Assembly (NCBI GenBank): GCA_030650025.1
Contig: JAUSEN010000005.1
Location: forward strand, 3,631 to 67,630
Reading direction: 5' to 3'
From: Candidatus Magasanikiibacteriota bacterium
GTDB lineage: Bacteria; Patescibacteriota; Patescibacteriia; Magasanikbacterales; GWA2-37-8
DNA length: 64,000 bases
A program made the position numbers and the translations under genes. Positions 58,784-64,000 of the stretch are shown piece by piece. How positions within the stretch are numbered: position 1 is the first letter of the stretch; the number at the start of each line of letters is the position of its first letter. The notes below the pieces were generated by a model. The model did not search any database, was not told where the DNA came from, and saw only the letters and a program-made list of their open reading frames with translations.

Positions 58784-59230
58784 ATGCTAGATGATATTTT
58801 TTATTTTTTATTGGGGGCTCTGGCTCTCTTAGGCATGCTGGTTTGGTTTTTAGTAAGAGAAATTAAGCGATTAAAGACGCATACGTTTAGCGGCATAGTG
58901 CGGGTAGGAGAGGGGAATGGAGAGCGCGTGGGGGCGTTGACGGCTAACTTGGACGTGGCTTTGGCAAAGCACCTGCCAAAGGGCCTGTATGTTTGCGAAA
59001 TTTTTATTGCCAAAAAGGCAGAGCGCGGAGTTTTGTATTACGGCTATAATTCAGTAACTAATAAAAATACTTTGGAGGTCCATGTGTTTGATTTTGTCGG
59101 TGATTTATATGGTAAATATTTAACAATTAAAACAAAACAATATCTGCGGGCTCCGAAACGGTTTGATACCATCGAGCGCTTGAGGGAGCAGATAAAAAAG
59201 GATTTGGTGCTGGCGAGAAAAATGGCGTAA
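58784..59230 (+). CDS. Stand-alone riboflavin kinase domain with N-terminal TM helix
   Basis: G.G..VG..TANL, LEVHVFDF.GDLYG, LR..KRF, QIKKD. Confidence 0.8.
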   Translation: MLDDIFYFLLGALALLGMLVWFLVREIKRLKTHTFSGIVRVGEGNGERVGALTANLDVALAKHLPKGLYVCEIFIAKKAERGVLYYGYNSVTNKNTLEVHVFDFVGDLYGKYLTIKTKQYLRAPKRFDTIERLREQIKKDLVLARKMA

Positions 59231-59276
59231 AAAAATATCGGATATGTATCAACGTATTACTACGTTAATACAAATA

Positions 59277-59546
59277 TTAATTCATCTTATATAGTTGGCT
59301 GTGGGTGCCAATCATGCGGAAGTAAACCATCGCTCTACCACTATGCTCTTCAAAGATAGCCCGCCAGTCGCCGGTAACATTGATACTACGACAACCACGG
59401 TATTGACCGGTAAGCGGATGATTTCTCAAGAGCGGGTGAAATTTTTCGGTGAGAAAAAGGCGCACACGTTTTTTAAATGCCGCCTGGATGCCTGACGGAG
59501 CTTTGTCATATTCTTTAAGGAAACGGCGTGAATATTCAATGCGCAT
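59277..59546 (-). CDS. RelE/YafQ-family toxin
   Basis: HPLTG, SINVTGDWR, IGTHSQLY. Confidence 0.9.
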   Translation of the reverse strand: MRIEYSRRFLKEYDKAPSGIQAAFKKRVRLFLTEKFHPLLRNHPLTGQYRGCRSINVTGDWRAIFEEHSGRAMVYFRMIGTHSQLYKMN

Positions 59547-59838
59547 AGCGGCGTTTTTTGGATTTTAGAGTGTCCAAAAATTTAAGCGCCTCTTCTGGGT
59601 CGTCAAAACCAATCGTCCGGCCTTTCCGCAGGTCTTCTTCTGATTCACGCAGGGCCGCGAGCAGGAACTCGCTGGGCTCTTCGGGGCGAGTGCTGACCGT
59701 AAAGGTTTCAGTGCGGATTAATTCTCGCAGGTAGCCGTTAATTACCACGCTTAAATTAAGCCCTAGGCGAGAGGCCACTTGTTTGGCGCGGGATTTAACG
59801 CGCGGATCAACCTTGACGTTTAAAATAGTAGTAGCCAC
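59536..59838 (-). CDS. RelB/DinJ-family antitoxin
   Basis: LNVKVD..VK..A...LGLNLS; overlaps toxin; tandem AGTATATACT palindromes upstream (~59866-59889). Confidence 0.85.
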   Translation of the reverse strand: MATTILNVKVDPRVKSRAKQVASRLGLNLSVVINGYLRELIRTETFTVSTRPEEPSEFLLAALRESEEDLRKGRTIGFDDPEEALKFLDTLKSKKRRYAH

Positions 59839-59962
59839 AGATGAGAAACTTAATAGTAAAATACAAAGTATATACTTAGTATATACTAGAAATCGGGCAA
59901 TTGTCAAGTGGCGTCACGTCAAATTATGCACCAAATTTAATGGACTCAAACGCGCCGGTAAT

Positions 59963-60427
59963 TTAGCGCTGCCACCAGTGGTGTTTAAACGGTTCGAGTT
60001 TAGCTCCAATAGTCATGGCCAAGGCAATAATGACGACGTTTTTAATAATGTACTGGCCTTCGAGGGTGGGGATAAATAAGCCGTGCCAAGTAAGAGAGGG
60101 AAGCAATATAAGCGGACTAATAATCATGAAAAGGTGTGGAATTAAGAGGGCAATGGCAATGCGCTCGCCTTTGGGGATAAGCCACAAAACGCCAATGAGC
60201 ATTTCGTATAAGCCAAAAAATATTATGAAGGTTGGAAATGATAATGATGACACAGTACGTTCAAGCAGGGCTTCCACCAAAGGGTTCGCTGGGCTCGTGC
60301 CAAAAATTTTTAAAACTCCAAACCAGAAATAGACAATAAAAAGCGCTAGACGCGTAATCGGCCCTTGGTATTGTTTGAGGTGGTTAATAATAGCGCGGTC
60401 GAGCAGAGTTATTTTATACGAGGCCAT
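59963..60427 (-). CDS. DoxX-like membrane protein
   Basis: YFWFGVLK, SPA, TLEGQYIIKN. Confidence 0.75.
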   Translation of the reverse strand: MASYKITLLDRAIINHLKQYQGPITRLALFIVYFWFGVLKIFGTSPANPLVEALLERTVSSLSFPTFIIFFGLYEMLIGVLWLIPKGERIAIALLIPHLFMIISPLILLPSLTWHGLFIPTLEGQYIIKNVVIIALAMTIGAKLEPFKHHWWQR

Positions 60428-60442
60428 AGTTGATCTAAAATA

Positions 60443-61066
60443 CTAAAAGCCCAGAATTTCTTTGACCAGAATTACTGTCAGGCGGTGGGGTTTGGTTTCT
60501 TTATTTAAAATAAAGAGTTTATTAATGGCGCTGCCCGGGAGATTGGCGGGAATATGGTAGGCAGAGTGGGCGCGAGCGCTTTCGAGCGGTAAAACATATT
60601 CGGAAATTCTTTTCCAACCGGTGTTTAAATCAGGTACGATTTTTTGGGCGCCGACAACCCACACTACATGCGCCGAGCCGCTTGCGTAAGCCGGTAGCTG
60701 TGAACCGCTTTGTGAAGCCACCATAATTTTACCGTCTTCTGTTATGGCGTGCACACTCCCCACAGCCCATTCGGGAGCGGCGCCGATTTTTAGTTTTTGT
60801 ATCGGGTCTGTGTCTTTAGGGAGGCCAGTGAGTGTTTGGCGTACCGAATTATAATTGCCCGAGTCGTTCAGGTCAGTAGCGAGGCCGATATTTTCCACGG
60901 TTTGGGAAGTCATAGTCATAACTTCGGCGCCGTGCGGAATAATTTCGAGCACCATGGCTTTGGCCGCCGCGCTATTCTTGACAATAAAAACATCCACGCC
61001 GTTACTCTCTAAAGCCGCGGCCGTGGTTTGAATTATTTTGTCGGTGGGAATCTTATCCCAGTCCAT
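60443..61066 (-). CDS. LUD-domain (LutC/DUF162-like) protein
   Basis: SVHAITEDG, SGSQL, VVGAQKIV. Confidence 0.8.
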   Translation of the reverse strand: MDWDKIPTDKIIQTTAAALESNGVDVFIVKNSAAAKAMVLEIIPHGAEVMTMTSQTVENIGLATDLNDSGNYNSVRQTLTGLPKDTDPIQKLKIGAAPEWAVGSVHAITEDGKIMVASQSGSQLPAYASGSAHVVWVVGAQKIVPDLNTGWKRISEYVLPLESARAHSAYHIPANLPGSAINKLFILNKETKPHRLTVILVKEILGF

Positions 61067-61132
61067 AAAATATATTAGAGCAAAGCCATTGGAGCTGGCC
61101 GGTATTTTAGATGATTTTGTTTATTTCCGCAA

Positions 61133-61612
61133 TTATATATTTAAAAATTGTATTTTATTGCCACAATAATCTAGAAATTTTTTTAAATCCTCGCGTTTAA
61201 AAACTAGCGAGGCAGTGTTAATAAGCGGGTGGCAATTAATTTCGTCGTGTTTCCAGAGGTCGTTGTCTATTATAATTACCACTTCTTTATTAATATCATT
61301 AATAAGGCCAAGCAGAGTGACTGAGCCGGGAGTGACGCCCAGATATTTTTGCAAACGCTCGGGCGAGGCAAAACTTAAGTTGGACTCGTTTAACAGCGCG
61401 GCTAATTTTTTTAAGTCCGCGCGTTTCTCAATTTCGAGGCACACTAAATAATGTTTATCGCCCTTTTTGTTTTTGAGGAATAAATTTTTACTCGTGGCCC
61501 CGGGTACTTTGACGCCCAGGCGTAGTTCGTCCTCGTAGCTAAACACGGCCGGGTGGTCGTACTTGGTGTAGGGGACGTTGAGCTGTCTTAGCACTTCGTA
61601 AATATCCGGCAT
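61133..61612 (-). CDS. YbaK/ProX-family tRNA editing protein
   Basis: KNLFLK, SFAS, GVTPGSVT, HPLIN. Confidence 0.9.
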   Translation of the reverse strand: MPDIYEVLRQLNVPYTKYDHPAVFSYEDELRLGVKVPGATSKNLFLKNKKGDKHYLVCLEIEKRADLKKLAALLNESNLSFASPERLQKYLGVTPGSVTLLGLINDINKEVVIIIDNDLWKHDEINCHPLINTASLVFKREDLKKFLDYCGNKIQFLNI

Positions 61613-61642
61613 ATGATTTTATTAAATTTGTCAGTTACCGGG

Positions 61643-62209
61643 CTATCTAAATAATAATTTTTTTAATTTAGCCTTGGCCCGGGGGTTATACAAGGCTTCA
61701 AGCAGTTTGGCCTTCAGGCTTGGTTCGTGAAAATCAGGGTTTAGGCCGAGCAGGATAAATTCATTAAAAGATAGTTTTTTTACTTTAATTTTTTCGCCAG
61801 CGTCGAGCATGGGAGAAGTGGTTTGGTTGATGCCATCGGCAATAAAAATGCTAATTGTCCAGATTATTTTACTATAAGGCTGTTCGGCGTACCAAAGGCG
61901 CCAATGATTGGCAGTGTAGCCGGTTTCTTCTCGTAATTCGCGCTTAGCCGCGTTTAAGGGAGTTTCTTTTTGCTCGTGACGTCCGCCCGGAATTCCCAGA
62001 AAGGGTTTTTTGGTAGGTTGTTGTTCTTCTAGAATTAGTATTTTTTTGTCTTTGGTTATGGCAATAACCTGGACAGTGTCGGGGCGCTTGAGCTTTTCAA
62101 AAATTTCAGTTGAGCCATCAAACATTGTTTGGGGCCACTGGTAGACGTCAAAGATCACGCCTTTAAAGACGCGTTTAGCATTTTTAGGAAGCCCAGATTT
62201 TTTGGCCAT
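61643..62209 (-). CDS. NUDIX hydrolase
   Basis: PGG..AKRELREETG, LDAGE. Confidence 0.9.
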   Translation of the reverse strand: MAKKSGLPKNAKRVFKGVIFDVYQWPQTMFDGSTEIFEKLKRPDTVQVIAITKDKKILILEEQQPTKKPFLGIPGGRHEQKETPLNAAKRELREETGYTANHWRLWYAEQPYSKIIWTISIFIADGINQTTSPMLDAGEKIKVKKLSFNEFILLGLNPDFHEPSLKAKLLEALYNPRAKAKLKKLLFR

Positions 62210-62320
62210 AGTGATTTCATTTTATCTGTTTATACGGTCGTTGGCAAGCGGAGAGACCCCGCTACTTGAGGGCGGGGTAAACTTGATTTTTCTTCAGAGA
62301 TCTGGTATTTTAGAGCAGTT

Positions 62321-62415
62321 ATATATGGAGAGGTGGCGCACGCGCACACCGAATTAGATTACACATGGAGAGGTGGCGCACGCGCACACCGAATTAGATT
62401 ATACATGGAGAGGTG
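62321..62415 (+). repeat. Tandem 40-bp repeats containing tRNA-Ser 5' ends
   Basis: Two units of a(t/c)a(t/c)atggagaggtggcgcacgcgcacaccgaattagatt; the third partial unit runs into tRNA-Ser. Confidence 0.9.
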
Positions 62416-62491
62416 TCTGAGTGGTTTAAAGTACCGCTCTCGAAAAGCGGAGTACCGCAAGGTACCGTGAGTTCGAATCTCACCCTCTCCG
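62407..62491 (+). tRNA. tRNA-Ser(CGA)
   Basis: ggagagg/cctctcc, ccgct-ctCGAaa-agcgg, long variable arm. Confidence 0.93.
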
Positions 62492-62492
62492 C

Positions 62493-62939
62493 ATGCGACT
62501 TAGACTTCTAAAGAAATCAGATATTCCCGCGGCCGTAGCTATTATCCGGCAAAATTTTTCGCGTGAATTCGCGCGCCGCGCCCGGCGAGAACTAGCTGAT
62601 ATGTTTGGTTCGGCCGCTATTAAACCAATCTATATTGTTGCCGAAGAGGCCGGCCAAATCGTGGGCTTAGTTGCTTATATGCAGTCGTGGATGGATTATG
62701 ATGTTTATGAAATTTTTTGGGTCAACGTGCACCCCAGCTACCTAAAACGAAGCATTGGCAAGCGGCTGGTACAGGCTGCTATTAGGCAAATAAAAAAACA
62801 GCGCGGTGCGGCGCTGATACTTTTAACGGCGCGGGCGGTGGCTGGTTTACCTGTTTTTTATCAGAAACAATTTGGCTTTAAAACCGTGCAGAAATTTTCT
62901 AATCGTAAGTACCACCTAATGGCCGCTTCTGTTTTTTGA
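62493..62939 (+). CDS. GNAT-family acetyltransferase
   Basis: VHPSY..RSIGKRL, FYQK.FGF. Confidence 0.85.
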   Translation: MRLRLLKKSDIPAAVAIIRQNFSREFARRARRELADMFGSAAIKPIYIVAEEAGQIVGLVAYMQSWMDYDVYEIFWVNVHPSYLKRSIGKRLVQAAIRQIKKQRGAALILLTARAVAGLPVFYQKQFGFKTVQKFSNRKYHLMAASVF

Positions 62940-63699
62940 AGTGCTTGAGGTACGCCACGATGATGAAACTGATGATGACCAGGAGCGCCCAGGAGGTAAT
63001 TTTGCGCGTGGAGACGCTGGTCCAAGTGATAAGTTGGTCGGGATATTTCCAGGCGCCAAAGTAGGTGGAGATATTTTCGGCAATCCAGATGAAGAAGCCA
63101 ATCAGAACAAAAGAAATAATTAGAGGCATGGCGTAGCGGCGGATAGTGATGGTAAATTGCACGATAGTTTTGGCAAAAACAACGGCCACTAGGCCAAAGA
63201 GCACCCAGCGAAAATCCGGTAAAAAATGATTGGTAAAGAAATTGAGATATATAAGAATAGACAAAACAATGCTGGGGGTATAATTTTTATACCCGGTGAG
63301 CTCGAGTTTAAAAATGTTCCAGGCCTGGCTGATGTAACTCCCGACTGCGGCATACATAAAGCCGCTGTAAAGTGGCACATTAGCGATTTTGAAATAACCA
63401 ACCTCCGGGTAGCTCCACGAACCAATCGCGGGGTTGGTTTTGTAGATTTCGAGAATCAGGCCGATGACGTGAAATAAGCAGATCATCTTTACTTCGTCTT
63501 TGGTTTCGATTTTGGTCAAGTATAAAATTATTTGAATCGCCACCGCCGCTAAAAAAAGAAAATCATATCGCGCTAGGCCCGGAATGTGGATGTGGTGGGA
63601 AAGAAAGAGGAGCAGAAAAAACGAACCGGCAAAAATACAGGCGCGCGCCTGTTTGAGGCCAAAAACAAAAAATTCTCGCAGATAAAAACTCATAACCAT
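62899..63699 (-). CDS. DUF817-like membrane protein
   Basis: RYD.L, FHVIG..LE..K, WSYPE, PLYSGFMY, WIAENI. Confidence 0.8.
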   Translation of the reverse strand: MVMSFYLREFFVFGLKQARACIFAGSFFLLLFLSHHIHIPGLARYDFLFLAAVAIQIILYLTKIETKDEVKMICLFHVIGLILEIYKTNPAIGSWSYPEVGYFKIANVPLYSGFMYAAVGSYISQAWNIFKLELTGYKNYTPSIVLSILIYLNFFTNHFLPDFRWVLFGLVAVVFAKTIVQFTITIRRYAMPLIISFVLIGFFIWIAENISTYFGAWKYPDQLITWTSVSTRKITSWALLVIISFIIVAYLKHFKKQKRPLGGTYD

Positions 63700-63799
63700 G
63701 GCACTATATAGTAATTATCAGAAAAGGTCAAAATGAGTTTGGGCGGATGGCCGGCTGTCTTGATTTTGGTCTCGGGGCGTGATATGGTATGGACGTTTT

Positions 63800-63889
63800 G
63801 GAGAGGTGACAGAGCGGTTTAATGTACCGGTCTTGAAAACCGGAGACCACGCAAGTGGTCCGTGAGTTCGAATCTCACCCTCTCCGCCA
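63800..63889 (+). tRNA. tRNA-Ser(TGA)
   Basis: ccggt-ctTGAaa-accgg, long variable arm, encoded CCA. Confidence 0.95.
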
Positions 63890-64000
63890 ATTTTCACTTT
63901 TTGTGAAATCGTAAGAAACAGCCTCGGCGCAAAGCGCCTCGGCATGGTATTTTTCCGCAATTTTAAAGGCATTTTTGAAATCCAAAACCAAAGTGCGGTC

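Noticed and set aside
62321-62415. Possible CRISPR array
   Set aside because: Units are contiguous and near-identical with no unique spacers; no cas genes.
1-64000. Prophage, IS element or alternative genetic code
   Set aside because: No integrase, transposase or virion genes were recognised; conserved genes are full length under code 11 and TGA is used as a stop (e.g. nfo).

Overview
A 64-kb chromosomal window, probably from a Patescibacteria/CPR (Parcubacteria-like) bacterium. This is inferred from gene content, AT-rich start contexts that mostly lack a Shine-Dalgarno site, multiple TrmB-like regulators and giant surface proteins. It spans the likely replication origin (yidD-rnpA-rpmH / dnaA-oriC-dnaN). 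Housekeeping genes include polA, holA, rpsT, tig, nfo, nrdAB, uppS, hppA, ndh, ahcY and rmuC. It also holds a 12-kb cell-surface locus, three toxin-antitoxin pairs and six intact tRNA genes. Three patterns are not explained by routine annotation. (1) Two small GIY-YIG nuclease genes each abut an intact tRNA with non-canonical D/T loops, and each pair is bracketed by fragments of a same-amino-acid tRNA interrupted by short double-hairpin inserts. This is a candidate tRNA-replacing selfish cassette. Two other tRNAs carry similar scars. (2) Short palindromic elements of several families are dispersed across the window, many inserted in frame into essential genes (polA x3 sites, holA). (3) All four TrmB-like regulators are divergently paired with an accessory gene that carries a strong Shine-Dalgarno site, and three of those genes are clearly GC-rich. 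No integrase, transposase, rRNA or CRISPR array was seen. All calls were made by eye without database searches.
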